Shown: positions 50,201-62,900 of the stretch, piece by piece
How the letters are laid out: the number at the start of each line of letters is the position of its first letter
Numbering within the stretch: the first letter of the stretch is position 1
Assembly: GCF_009834535.1 (NCBI RefSeq)
Contig: NC_045696.1
Span: 8,992,001-9,056,000, forward strand
Direction: 5' to 3'
Length of the DNA: 64,000 nucleotides
DNA from: Camelus ferus
Lineage: Eukaryota
Program-made: the position numbers and the translations under genes
Notes under the pieces: model-generated
Told to the model about the DNA's origin: nothing
Seen by the model: the letters and a program-made list of their open reading frames with translations, nothing else
Databases searched by the model: none

Positions 50201-52049
50201 ATACAAGCTCTGTGACTCTGGCAAAGAGGATTCCCGTGGAAGGTCTCATAGCAAGAACCCAACAATGACCTACATGGGTGTGTATGCAGCCCTCACACCC
50301 CAGGCTCATCAAAGAAGTGCAGAGAAAATAGGAACTCTCAAGAATATGGAGGAAGGAAAGACCCTGCTGAGTTCTAGGGAAGGATCCCAACCCCGAGATG
50401 GGAACTCATGGGAAAATGGAAGGTAACGGAACCAGATGAAAGGTCAGCTCTAGTCTCTGGAGCAAATGAGTGGCAATGAGAACCAGAAATTAGAGAGAGG
50501 AAGGAACCATGGGAGAGGAAGGGAAGGGAAGAGAGTTTCAGTTGGTCACAATAATTTTTGCACCCATAGAGAATGAACTCAGTGACGCTCGGCAATGAAC
50601 CCAGAGCATCCAGGCAGTTCATCTTGTAGACATCAAGTCAATGGATGCAAGGGGGATTTGTGACTTACTGTCATGTCATTTCCTATCCCATTTAAAGGGT
50701 AGGCAGAGGGCTCAGAGAGAGCTCTGGAGAGACTGCGTTAGGAGTTCACCTCTGTGCAGTCACGGCCCTTTGAGAGGAGCCACCAGGGTGAGGCAGGTGC
50801 AAGTCTGCCAGGTCTTTGCTGGCTCTCTTGGATTCTGATGCAGAGTTGAAATTTCTTTCACAGGATCCTTCTCATCCCCCTGCGCCACAGGAAATGCAGA
50901 ATGTTCCCAATGCAGTTCTGCAAGTACTTTCCCAGAGAAACAGGACGAGAAGGGAAGCAGAGAGATGTTAGAAGATGACAAGTTTTGGTTTTATAAGAGA
51001 GTGGAACCTTTTAAGAAACAGATGTGTTGTCTGGAGACTGCATTTTTCAGTATCTTGTTCTACATTTTCTTCATATTATTTTTTTTAAATCAGTAACAGC
51101 TATGGTACAATGACTGTCATCTTTCAACTTCTTGGCTTATGGTTTGGTTCTGGAAATTGGAGCCCAGTCTTGCCTTAATCCAGCTCTCCAGCCATCTCAG
51201 CTTGATGTTGTACTATTACACAACTTCCTTTTTATCACTGTTCTATATCTACCAGTTCTGACCTGAAACTGATGATCCCTAAGCTTTCTAAACCCAAATC
51301 AAGGTAGGGAGGAAGAAAATATGAACTCAGTGGGAAAACACCAGCATCAATCAATGTCACAGCACATGCATCTTACCCCTGGGTCTATACTTCACTAGAT
51401 GTGTGATCCAGGACAAGTAGGTCCCCTCCCTCATCACAGTGTTCTCTCTAAACAGAGGTAGGGTCAGTCTTTACCGTCCTACTTTACAAAGTTGTTACAG
51501 GAATGAATCAACACTGGATTGCCTCTCTTTTTTATTTTTAATAAAGAGGGGCAAAATTAAACTGAGGTCATGTGTTCTGAGCACTAATATGTTATAGAAT
51601 TGTAAAGAATTAGTATTAATATTGTTATTGTTGTCATGACTACTGTTATTAGTTAACAAAGTACAGAAATACACAATCAGAAAACATTCCAATAAATTGA
51701 TTCCGTTGTTTCAACAGAAGTTTTCCTTTAAAGTACCCAAATTTATCTTTTCTAGTTTCTGTATTTATACCCAACAAAGAGTCAAATCAAAATAAAAATG
51801 CAAAAGAATCACAAATATTTTTTCTTATTTTACAGCTTACCACATTACTTCTGACATGTTATTCACTGCATCACAAAAGACATTTAAATAAGCATCTGGT
51901 ACTTTTCTACTCTGCAAAAGGATTCAATTACAACCATATTAAAATTGAATCCACACCCAGTATCCAGCATTGTAAGGCTTCTTTGACAAGAATGATGTAT
52001 TTCAGTAACTACATATATTTGTCCTTTCGAGTTTTTCATGTTTTTTAAA

Positions 52050-53650
52050 AGAACATTTTTATTGAAGTGTGGCACACGTTCAGATTATAACCGTAAAGCT
52101 TGTTGCATTTTCCCCAAATGAACAAACCTATGTAGCCGCTGTACAAATCAGGAAATGGAAAATGATCAGCACCTCAAAACTCCCCTTGTGTCCCTCCCAA
52201 CCGCCTCCTACTCATACTCCCCAGATATTCCAACCATCTGCCTACCCTCAGTATGAATTAAGTTTGCCTTTTGTTGAACTTTATGTAAGTGGAATCATAG
52301 AACTTTTGATTGCGTCTGGGTCTTTATTTCAATATTCACGTTGTGAGATTCATCCATGTGTATAGAGTAGTAATTCATGTGTTCATTTTCATTGCTGTGG
52401 GACATCTCATTGCATGACTACACAACTTATTCATTCTACCACTGATGGGCATTTGAGACTGGTAAAAAGTGAGCTGCTAAGAATATTCTTCTACAAGGCA
52501 TTTGCTGCACGTATCTGCAAGTTCACTACATATAAACCACAAGTAAAATTTCCAGTCAAAGGGTAGACCTATGCTTAACTTTTGTAATTACTCCCAAACG
52601 TCTTTTCAAAATGGTGGTAATTTACACTTCCACTAGCAGGGTGGGAAAATAAGACTTCCAGTAACTCCTCATCTTCTGTAACAGTCTTGTCACTTTTGCT
52701 TATTTGTTTGCTTGGTTTTAGTCACTCTGGTGGGCGAGAGTCCTGGTCTGCTTGTTATTTTGATTTGCATTTTCTTGACTTAGTTGAGGTCGATCCTCTC
52801 TGCGTGTGCTTTTTGGTCAATCAGAGAGTTTCTTTTTTGAAGCATTTGTTCAAGTCTTTTGCCCCATTTTTCTACTTGGTCGTCTGTCTTTTTTTTTTTT
52901 TTTTTTTTTTTTTCCCTTGATTTGTTGAAGATCCGCTCTCAAATATATTATAAATATTTTTTCCTGCTGGGCGACATGCGCTTTCACCCACTTAATGGTG
53001 TCATGTGAGGCAGAAGTTCTTAATTTTAATGCCATCCAATTCACCAGTAGTTTTCTTAATGGTTAATGCCTTTTGTGTCTTTGTTAAGTCTTTGCCTAAA
53101 TCATAAAGATAATAATCTTATATTATATTATCTTCTAGAAGCTTCAACATTGAACCTTTCACATTCAGACCTACAAACCACCTACAGATAATGTATGTGT
53201 ATGGAGTGAGGTAGGGATTGAAATTAATTTTTTTCAATGTGGATATCCTTATGAATACTCAAAAACTGACCTTTTCCCACTGAAGGTGTTTGTTCATGCT
53301 TTCTTTTTCTTTTTTTTCCTTTTTTTGCTTTTCATCTATTTTTCCAAAAGAGGTTGTCCTCATTCAGATTGTATACATTTACACTGACACATATCATCTC
53401 AATAACTGCAGCTTTATAATAAATCTAGAAATCTGGTCATATGACTCCACCAATTTTGTTCTCTTTGAAGGTAAAACTTAGTTCATCTTGACCTTTTGCA
53501 TCACTTGGTACATTTTAATATCACTTTGTCAAGTTACACACACACAAATACAAATTTGTTGTCATTTTCATTTGATTCTATCAAATCAAAAGTTCAGTTT
53601 TGGGGAAATTGTCATTTTTGTGATATTGAGTCTTCTAATCTCTGAAAATT
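52050..53650 (-). mobile_element. L1MB-ME 3' UTR and ORF2 fragment
   Basis: TTTTTATTGAAGTGTG, TATGTAAGTGGAATCATA, GAGATTCATCCATGTG, TTGTTCAAGTCTTTTGCCCCATTTT, GCAGAAGTTCTTAATTTTAATG. Confidence 0.9.
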
Positions 53651-54274
53651 ATAAATTGTTTTGTGTTTATTTTCATTTATTTATGTTCATTTTAGCTTAT
53701 CACAAAGCACTTACAGTTTATAGTCTCTCTGCTTTAGTTTGGATATTTTCTGCTGATATATTTTCCAGATAACTAAGCCATCATTCACTGTGTATTGAAT
53801 GCCAGGTTCTCCTCAATGAGTGACCTTGCTATTCAAGATATCAGATCCTCAAATCTAGTTCATTTTAGTAACTCTTCACTCAGATTCTGTGCCTGTGTAT
53901 ATGTGTGTGTGCGTGCACGAGCATGTGCACATACGTGGGCTGATTCAATCTAGTGTTTCTTGGTTCTTAACTACAGTATGTCTGTCTTAAGCTAGTCTTT
54001 CAGAGCTACTAGTTGGAGCCCTATCCTAAAGATTGGGAGAAAAACAAAGAATAAAGAAAAAAAGGCTTGTAGTAACTTTTTCATTTATTTATTTTTTTTC
54101 TTTCCCCTTTAGGATAGCCTGGAAGAAGGGATTTGAAGAAAATCTTAAAATTACCAAATTTCTCAATAGAATTCCACGATGCTGATAAAGCACTGACACA
54201 TGTCAGGCATAAAATGTCTCCTATTTTAACAGTCCTTCCATATATTAGACTATGAATTCTTATATTACTGTAAA

Positions 54275-54674
54275 TGTGGTAGTCATTAGTGCTGGTTTCC
54301 AAATATTCTTATTCTTCCTGCTTCTGGACAATTCCCCCTTCTGGAAGATTGCCTGTGCTGGCTCCCCTGCAGTGGGGTATGACTAACTCTGGCCAGTGTG
54401 TGGTGAGTATAAGTAAATGTGTCTCTTTCTGGCTGAAGCAATTCCTTGTCTCACTGAGACCCTACGGAGCTCTCTTTTTCTTCTGCCACAATGACCGTAA
54501 GTGTTTCAGTTAGTACTGTGTCCCAGAGTGAAGACCATGACAACACCAAAAAGATCCCCTACCCCAGCCTCAGGTAAGGAGGAGCCTGGGTGAGAAATTA
54601 ACCTGGTTTTAAACCACTGAGATTATGGAGCTGTTTGTTACAGCAGCACAACCCAGCCTATATTGATTGATACA
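54275..54674 (+). mobile_element. MaLR LTR, MLT1I-like
   Basis: TGTGGTAGTCATTAGTGCTG..TTTAAACCACTGAGATTATGGAGCTGTTTGTTACAGCAGCA..GATTGATACA. Confidence 0.8.
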
Positions 54675-54919
54675 TTAAGGGAAGTAAAAAATATCTAGAG
54701 TCCCATTTCATTGATGCAATTAAACCAGACTCAAATTCTTGCCCCGCAATCTCCTTATGAATGTGAAGAATGTCCTATTTATTTCCACTGGCCTTTTACC
54801 TTGTATGGTTTAACTAAAGTATTCAATACAGAAAATGTCTGAGGAATTTTTGAAATGAAATGACTGGATAAATGACTAAATTAATCCCTTTGAATGAGTC
54901 TGTGTATATAAGAAGACAG

Positions 54920-55160
54920 GAAGGCAGGATATTATGATCTCATTGATTTGGAATCAGATAAATATGGATTCAAATTCTCATTTTATCACTATTTGTGTGA
55001 CCCTAAGCAAGTTTCTGAATTTCTCTAAGTCTCTGCCTCCTGAAGATGGGAAAAATAATACCAATCTTAGGGGTTGTTATGAGAATTAAATGAGAGAACA
55101 CATGTTATCTCAGCATAGTTTCTGGAACTAATATTCAAAAAAGGCAGCTATCACTATTAT
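54920..55160 (+). mobile_element. MIR SINE
   Basis: GGATTCAAATTCTC..TGTGTGACCCTAAGCAAG..GGGTTGTTATGAGAATTAAATGAGA. Confidence 0.88.
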
Positions 55161-55834
55161 TTTCCTTCAAAAACAGTGGGGAAAAAAGAACTATGGGAAA
55201 AAATGTCAGTGATAGATGTCAATATTTCAGAAGTTACTCATGTATTCCTTCCAGACTTACATCAAAGTCAAAGAAAATGAATCTGCAGGACAAAGAAACA
55301 CTGGTTTCCAGAAAAATAAATCAAAAGCTAAAATAACTGAATTCATTCATCCACTCAAGGAACTATGAAATTAAAATATAAAGTATTAATATGCATATGT
55401 GTATATTATGTATATATGAGATATACTTGAAATTTGAGATTTGAGATGCATGGGTAGGGAGACAGATAGACAGTTCATAGATAGCTAAATAGCTCAACAG
55501 GTAGTAGCTGGATATTGAATATAAAGGTCACACTCATAGAAACTGGCAAAGCTCTCTTGACTAGGGTTACTGTGGTACCATTGAGAAAGGCTTCTAGGAA
55601 GGCAATGACTGTTATTTGGACATGAGGCCATTAAAAGGAAAAGATTCATAATCTGTAAAAATGTACATCATTTCTGCATGCCAATGACAGCATGAAATGT
55701 TTAAAGATTCATCTTATAGTCATCATAGTATAAGCAAATAGTTCTGACCACTAATGTTGACAAAAGTTTTTGTAGAAAATCAACTTTCTGGCTCCCAAGA
55801 AGGAGCTGATGAAATATTAATGTAATCTTTATGT

Positions 55835-56152
55835 CTGAAGGCTTGAATGGGTTGGACATCCAAGATGGCGCACTTACAAGGCTGGCAGCTGATGCTGACA
55901 GTCATCTGGGAGCGCACAGCTGGGGCTATCAACTGGGCCTACTCATGGCCTCAGCTTGGTGGCCAAGTTCTAGAGGCCAAGGCAGAAGGTGCTAGTCCTC
56001 TTAAAGGCTAAGGCCAGAGCCAGCATAGCATCACTTCCACCAAGCTGCATTAGTCAAAGTAGCCATGGGCCACCATACAAGTAGGGAAGACATGGGCCTG
56101 GCTCTTGATGGAAAGGTGACAGAGAATTTGCACCATTCCTAATTTTGTCACA
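55835..56152 (-). mobile_element. MaLR LTR fragment, MLT1G/H-like
   Basis: CATCCAAGATGGC..GGCTGGCAGCTGATGCTG..AGCATCACTTCCACC..TCTTGATGG. Confidence 0.7.
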
Positions 56153-56390
56153 GTCTGGTACATTGAAGGCACTAGATGGACATCTTTTTAACAGGTGGAT
56201 GATTAAGTAGGTGGCTGCCTTAACCTGTTCCTGTTGTGTATATTTTCTCTTCCTTCACCTCTGAATATGTCGATTTCCCATATATTCCAAAATTTTAAAT
56301 TCTTCCCTTCTATCCTACCTTTGTATCTTCCTTCCTTTTCTTTCTAAATCATTCTCTCTTCATCTCCTCTCTCCCTGCCCTCCCCACCAA

Positions 56391-56391
<1 letters not shown>

Positions 56392-56436
<45 letters not shown>

Positions 56437-56441
56437 ACACA
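56392..56441. repeat. (CA)n microsatellite
   Basis: About 24 CA units, one TA interruption. Confidence 0.97.
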
Positions 56442-57689
56442 TATTTACGCTTCTCCCAAATTGGAGACTATGGGAGTTAAAAAAAGATGGAGACTCAGGC
56501 CCGTGCAGTTGGCATGGAAGCTTCTGGAAATCATGTGTTTGCAAGTTGGAAATGCCCCCTTTGGAGCTTGGAAGAGAAAATAAAGAAAACAGCAGACACA
56601 CATATTTCTTCATTGTACAAATTTGTGGTGTCAAGTCTACACTTTGCAAAATATGATTTTCCTTTTTCAAACTAAAAAAAAAAAAAAGACTGAGAAAAGA
56701 GCTGCAAATCACAGTGGCTTCCTTGAGTAACATCTTGATGATTTAAGTGTAAATGGGTAAGAAACATGTGGATTCCACTGCACACAAGCACACGCATTGG
56801 AAATGAGCAGGGGAAGCATCTGGCAAAATGTGTTTCTGGTTTGGTAGAATTTGGACCACTCGGGAGGTGTAGTTCAGGACATCAGTAACCCAAATGCCAA
56901 GTGCGTGTTGAGTTCATTTCATTCCGCTGCCAAGACAGAGCTGGGGTTTCATTCACATTCAAATGCACCTCACCTAGATTTTTCCCCCTCCACATTATAG
57001 ACTTGGCAAAATTTGAAGATTCCTTCTCCTTTGGGTTCACATGAGCTCTCCGTCCTGGCATGAGGAAAGTAATCTAATACAAAATGACATAAAGTTTGGG
57101 AAAACCGACAATTTGATCTCATGTTCACTTTAATATGGAAAGGTTGAATAACATTCAATTACAATTCACTCCAATTTTCATCTTCTCAATGAAAGGCAAG
57201 GGGCTGCCAAAGAGAGGTAAGCTGGAAGATTTCAGCATCTGGGGAGGGGTGGTGGGAGTAGGGAGGGGTTCTGCTGAGGGTGTCCTGCACAGATTTAAGG
57301 ATGTAGAGTATTTCACATTTACATGATCATCCACCTCTTTTCTGTTTCAGCGATACGTTAATTCTCATTGACATGCTTAAAAAAAAAAAGAACCACTTCA
57401 CTCTGAATTAGACATCAAACATTTGAGAAAGGAAGATCACTATCTAATTCTAATCACAAGAATTATGGATGGAAGGAAAGACTGGTATAAAGATAATTAG
57501 AGATGATAAACTACTTGTAAGACTGTCAAATTCCATCCTCACATGAGATGACGCCTTTGAAAGTGTATTTCTGTCTGATGACCCACTCAGGCCCCATCAG
57601 TGCTCAGCAAATGGAACAAATACCATCTTGATGAATCTGTTCTCATGTAAATGCTTTGTGCTGCTCACCCCCGTCATTGCCCTAACTTT

Positions 57690-57995
57690 GACCATTATCA
57701 TATCGCCCTGGGATCCTTCAACCACCCAGTTCCAATGACAAGCATCCTTAAAAGAGTTCGAAGAGCTGAAGACACAGACGAGAAGAAGGTCATGTTAGAT
57801 GGAGGCTGAGACTCGAGTAGAGCAGCCATGAGCCGGGGGACACCTGGAGCCGCCAGAGGCTGAAAGAGGCAGGAAAGACCCGCCCCTAGAGCTGACAGGG
57901 GGGAATATGGCCCTGTCAACATCTTGTTTGCAGACTTCTGGCCTCCAGACCTGGGAGGAGAATAAATTTAAGCCACTTTGTTGCCAGAGCTATGG
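57690..57995 (+). mobile_element. MaLR LTR fragment, MLT1D-like
   Basis: AGAGGCTGAAAGAGGCAGGAAA..CCCCTAGAGC..ATGGCCCTGTCAACATCTTG..GACTTCTGGCCTCCAGA. Confidence 0.75.
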
Positions 57996-58714
57996 GAATC
58001 ATTCCCCGTTGATTGTCTTCCCTACTGGGGGATCTAATGTAGTTAAGACGAGGGGGTGGTAGGCTCTTCTTACTCATCATAAAACTCATTTGATCTAATG
58101 TATTTGCCAGGAATCTTTTCCGTTCCCCTCTGGGACTGAGCTCCTGGAACTGAGGACGTCAGTGAGAAACTAGCTGACTAAGCCAGGGCGGGGGGCCGAG
58201 ATGGGGCGAGCAAGCAGGGCAAAAAATAGTTCACCACGGAGGTCACTTTCAAGTGATCTCTTCTGAGAACTTTTAGGAACATTTTCTTTTTTCTGAAATT
58301 GCCCTGAGGTTTCACGTAGAGGGTAAACACACAGTGCAGCAGACACTGGCTTAGGGACTCATCCCAAATGCTACTTCCTTAAAATGGAAGGCAATCCACT
58401 CTCCATCCCTAGAGTTGTTCTTCATGAACTTATAGCCATCTTTGCTACATTTTCCTAATGGGTAAATGAGACTATCTGTGACCAAAAGAATCCCCAATAA
58501 CCAGGAAATCTTCTGGAACGATAGTTCTTTGGCCCAGAGGTTGTTCCTGATCAGAATTTGTCAGTATCTCTGGACCTCCCTTGGTTCCGTGGACTCCCCT
58601 ATGTACCTTTTTCCAGTAACAGAGAAACATCACACCTTGAACATCTCCAGGGCTCTAACTGATGTGCTAACCCAGGGCTCTTTCTTCAGAATAAAATATC
58701 AAATTATGTATCAG

Positions 58715-58925
58715 TCAGTGCAGGATGAATTGAATATAAGCTTTGCCTTCAAGCAGACCTGGGTCCAAATTCCAGCTTTGCTCTGATATATGTATGACTT
58801 GTAGCTAATTATTTAAACCCTTGTGGTCTCAGTTTATTTATCTGTGAAATGGGGATAATAACATCTAGATTATTAGGCAGTTGTAAGAATTAAATTACTT
58901 ATAACTTGAAAAGGAATTAGCACTA
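58715..58925 (+). mobile_element. MIR SINE
   Basis: CAGACCTGGGTCCAAATTCCAGCT..TCTCAGTTTATTTATCTGTGAAATGGGGATAATA. Confidence 0.85.
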
Positions 58926-58959
58926 ATAATGTCATCTTTTCTATCATTTCTCATTTATT

Positions 58960-59420
58960 CCTAAATGGATTCGTTACCAACCATGATGGAATACTATGTA
59001 GCCATTAAAAATAATTCTTCATAAGAATGTTTAATAATGGGTGAGGAAGGCCTGGGTCATATTACTGAGTCAAAAAGTTTATTAAGCAGGCTGTATGATA
59101 CTATCCCTATTTAGATAGGAAAATATACAAGAACCTATAAAATTATTACATTAAAAATTACAGAAAAACTTGAGTGGAGGGTATAGCTCAGTGGTAGAGC
59201 TCTTGCTTTGCATACATAACGTCCTGAGTTCAATCCCCAGTACCTCCATTAAAAAAAATAAAATAAAATGTTGCTTTCTTTAAAAAAATTATAGAAAAAT
59301 AGACTTAGAGGATAGATATTGAAACTTTAATAGTTTTCTCTAATTGGTGGTACTTTATGGGTGATAAATATTTTCTTTCTCCCCATAGTTTTCAAATGTT
59401 TGACAAAGTACACTTACAAG
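58960..59420 (+). mobile_element. L1ME 3' fragment, interrupted by a SINE
   Basis: GATGGAATACTATGTAGCCATTAAAAAT. Confidence 0.7.
59172..59283 (+). mobile_element. tRNA-derived SINE, camelid vic-1-like
   Basis: GGAGGGTATAGCTCAGTGGTAGAGC (A box), GAGTTCAATCCCCAGTACCTCC (B box), A-rich tail; TSD-like AAAAATTACAGAAAAA / AAAAATTATAGAAAAA. Confidence 0.92.
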
Positions 59421-59489
59421 CAGAAAAAGATACTGAATGTGAACCTTGGGTAAGTGGCTTCGCCTGTCTGCATACTGGCAAACTGGGGC

Positions 59490-59590
59490 ATGTAGTAACC
59501 TGTAATAAAAAAGAAGTATATGTGTATGTATAACTGAATCACTCTGCTGTACATCAGAAACTAATACAACATTATAAATCAAAAAAAAAA
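59490..59590 (+). mobile_element. L1 extreme 3' end (artiodactyl-type)
   Basis: GTATAACTGAATCACTCTGCTGTACATCAGAAACTAATACAACATTATAAATCAAAAAAAAAA. Confidence 0.85.
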
Positions 59591-59829
59591 TTTTTAAGCA
59601 TTTAAAAAAGAACTTCTTAAGATCAAAGGGGAAAATACATATAAAAGTGCTAGAAATCTTAAATAAGAAATCAGAGGTTTCACTGCTAACATATTATGTC
59701 TGAGTTACTGGGTAATTGGTGTTGGGCTGAAAAGAAAGTGTTAGCACAAAGTAAAAGTTCAGTTGCTCTACGTATATTCTTTGCAGCGCACTTGCAAGGA
59801 GACATGTGTGAGTATGATTACTAACGCAG

Positions 59830-60005
59830 TCAGGGCTGGCGTCTTGGTCATGTGACCTACGCGGTCTTACAGACCCTCCTCTCAGAAGGATCTCGCTCTT
59901 GGTTTCATGCTCTGTTGCTGCCATCTTGAAATTCTTAGTAAGTTTGAACAAGGGACCCACATTTTCACTTTGCACTGGGCTTTGCAAGTTATAGAGCCTA
60001 TCCTG
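59830..60005. mobile_element. MER91A-like hAT-Tip100 MITE
   Basis: CAGGGCTGG..GCCATCTTGAAATTCTTA..TTGAACAAGGGACCCACATTTTCACTTTGCACTGGGC..CCTG. Confidence 0.8.
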
Positions 60006-62129
60006 AATATAAATGACTGTGTGTGGCTTCGTGGCTATTTAAAGAAATTGAATATTCTACAGTAAGAATGATTGATGGTGAATGAGAGGAAGCACATATC
60101 TCTGGCTGAACCTGGGAGAAACTCCAGGTGGACGTGGAGAGACCTGTTGGAAACTAACCAAGCGGGAGGGGCAGCTGGTGGCCTTTCTGAAATACTACAT
60201 AACCTGCTGGCAAACAAAACCAGTTCACTGAACTCTGATTAAGGGACTGTGTCCTCTCAGTTCATATTAAACATTTGAGAATTTGTTCATACTTCACATA
60301 AGATTCTAAGTAAAATGGAAAAGACACCTATAAAATAGAAAATGCTCATTCTAAAATAAATCAGTCGGCTCTGTCTTTGCAAGAAAAATATTACCTAAAA
60401 AGATACCAAAGTTATGCTGTCTAAAGGATCCATTTCTGCCACAGAAATCCTTAACATGATCTATTCATCCAGAGATAGAGACATCACAGGGATTTGTATA
60501 AGAGTTGGCTGGATGCCCCTGGTTTTGCTCACTCTAACTCTTCCTGAAGGCTGAGGTCGTGGGGCTGGAGTGATGAAGGATGGGCAACAGTGGTTGGCTG
60601 TGGCCACTTCACCTCAGCCAATGTGATTGGCTGTTTTGAAATTGTATTAGCATACCACCTCGGACCTTTGGGGTGATGTCATCTTAACTCTCTGGGAGAA
60701 AGTTGGTTGCTACCAGTTACTGAATTAATCAGTTCCTCTCATAGTGAAGTAACAGATCTCACATCAAGTAATTGAAGACATAAACATTTGAAATGAGGAC
60801 CACCACCCCAAGCATTATTCAAACCACCTCTTTTTGGGCCAAAGAGTCTCCTCCTCACACCTTCTTTTATAATTATTACCAGTACAGTTTTTCATCATAG
60901 TGGTTAATTTTTAATTATGGAAAAAGACTATGAAACATGGAAACCTGCCACACCTCTATTTGTGATTTTCAAACTGCCCCAGCATTCCAGAAGCAATTTT
61001 AAATATCTTCAATAATACACTGTGTTATTTGAGATTTACATTCGCTTAGTTTTAGAAATGGGGCACCTCCAAAGTTCACAGCTAAACATGGGTCTTCGCA
61101 AAAATAACAGGAAGGGCTGTTGGTTATTCGGTGATCACTTTAGCCCGTTGCTCCCTACAGAAAAGATGTCTGTGTCCATATCAGACAAAGAAATTTTTGA
61201 TTTGCTAATTTGCATTCAGATTTCATACTTCCTACGCTAATTTCATGCCCTAGCGCAGTACAAAAGGGAAATATTTGCTTCCTTGTAGGTGAAGCACATC
61301 AAGCAATTATCCTCCCTAACATGAAGAGCTCAGGAACTCCAATGTCAGCATTGTTAGAGCCTTAGGATAGGTCACTAATTTTCAATAGCTAATGGCTAGA
61401 ATAAACACAGTGTGTGTTCTAGGACAGTGGTTTCTGCACTATGACTCCAATTATGATTTTCTTAAAACTAGATATAGGTAAGTTCTGAAAGGACTCTCTC
61501 CCAGCCCTTTTGCATCTTGTTGACTTGGAGCCAGGAGGTAAGACTCATTCCTTTCTGAGCCTGATTTGAAAGCATTACTCAGGACTCTGCCGGTTTTAAT
61601 AAGAAAACAGCTATAACGAGATTCTCTCAATTCACTTAAAAAAATACTCACATCCATTCGAGAAGTGAAAGTCCTTTCCTTGCTGTACTATTCAAATTGC
61701 TTCCTTGAGGGGTGATGACTAGAGATCACTGAAATCCTTTTTTTTTTTTTTTAACTCACAGAGGGTCTTAACCCTCACGCTTCTAAACTGGTCTGTATGG
61801 CAAACCATCAGGCAGAGAAGTGAGCAAAACCGTTCCGCGGTTTAAGCCGGATAAGCTCACCAAAAGAGTGGCCTTTCCAAACCAACACTGGTTTTGTAAA
61901 ACAAAGGACTGAGTCCTGTAGCTGGCCAAGGAACCCCATCCAAAGAAGGAATCAGGCATCTGCTTTCTGTATTTTCCTTACCAGCCGGTCCACCCTGTTT
62001 CCTTACCTAATCTCCGTGGCCTGTCTTTGCATAATCATTATGAGCTTATAATAGAAATCGTTTTGTCTGGGTGTAGTGGAAAACACCAGTTTAAACAGGA
62101 TGTTGGAGATCAGGACGACTGACCCAGAA

Positions 62130-62900
62130 CACGGGCCAGGGCAGACATGAAAGCGCGAGAGTTTTCATTCACCAAGGTTTCCGGGGACCAGCTCTTTCTC
62201 AGCCCAAACAGAGTCACGCACAGGCAGGCCCGCGCTCCCACACGGCTCCCGGGGTGGAGGCGATGGCTTTGAATGTCCTGCCGAGCTGCAGCCTCCGTGG
62301 ACCGCAGCCGCGAGCAGGGCTGGGAGTAATTACCGGTGGAAGAGCGTATTCCTCTGCGAGGCGAGCCCTTCTGCCAGCTACCCCCCGAAAGAGCGTGGGG
62401 GAGAGCACCGGCCGCCCCACGCCTACTTGTTTTCTTTCCCTTCAGTGGGACAGTTTCAACTGATTTTGATTACCCTGGCGCCAAATAAATGAAAACATTT
62501 CATAGACGTATAATCATCCATCACTGTGAAGAAAGGAAAAATGTTTCATGTTCAGTATGTTTATAAATACACTTAATGAGAAAAGGACAGTGCTGTCTTT
62601 CCTCCACGGCATCGCTGCTGCTGTTGACCAGATCGCCCTGCTCTCGGATTCCGCGCCCCAGAGCCCCCGCCGCCCGGCCCCAGGACAGCTCACCCCGACA
62701 GCACGATGGCGCTCAAAGTAAGTCAAGAGAGAGACCGGTTTCTCCAAGGCCACCTTCTAAACTGTAGCCCCGCTGCCCAGACAGGAGAGGGACGTGGAGC
62801 CGGGAAGAGGTAAGTGGCTTGTACGTTAGGACGGTAAAAACCAGCCTTTTTATTCCCCCTCATCTGGCTTAAGGCAGCCCAGCGAAAGAAGCAGCACCGT
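62130..62900 (+). promoter_or_regulatory. CpG-rich promoter with TATA box
   Basis: Densest CpG cluster in the window, repeat-free; inverted GCGTGGGG (62393) / CCCCACGC (62415) EGR/WT1-like sites; TATAAAT at 62562-62568; Inr-like CAGT at ~62588. Confidence 0.65.
62706..62717 (+). CDS. putative first coding exon (Met-Ala-Leu-Lys, phase-0 donor); rest of gene outside the window
   Basis: First ATG downstream of the predicted TSS, strong Kozak (GCACGATGG), followed by donor AAA|GTAAGT at 62718. Confidence 0.5.

Noticed and set aside
59172..59250. tRNA gene
   Set aside because: Has A/B boxes but no pairing acceptor stem, plus A-rich tail and TSD: it is a SINE.
1..60000. Repeat orientation bias as proof the window is intronic
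   Set aside because: L1 pieces lean minus (about 11 of 16) but LTRs lean plus (about 10 of 13); the signals conflict.
62254..62463. MALNV.. start resembling MBNL2/TMPRSS2 N-termini
   Set aside because: Similarity ends after 4-5 residues; no gene symbol assigned.
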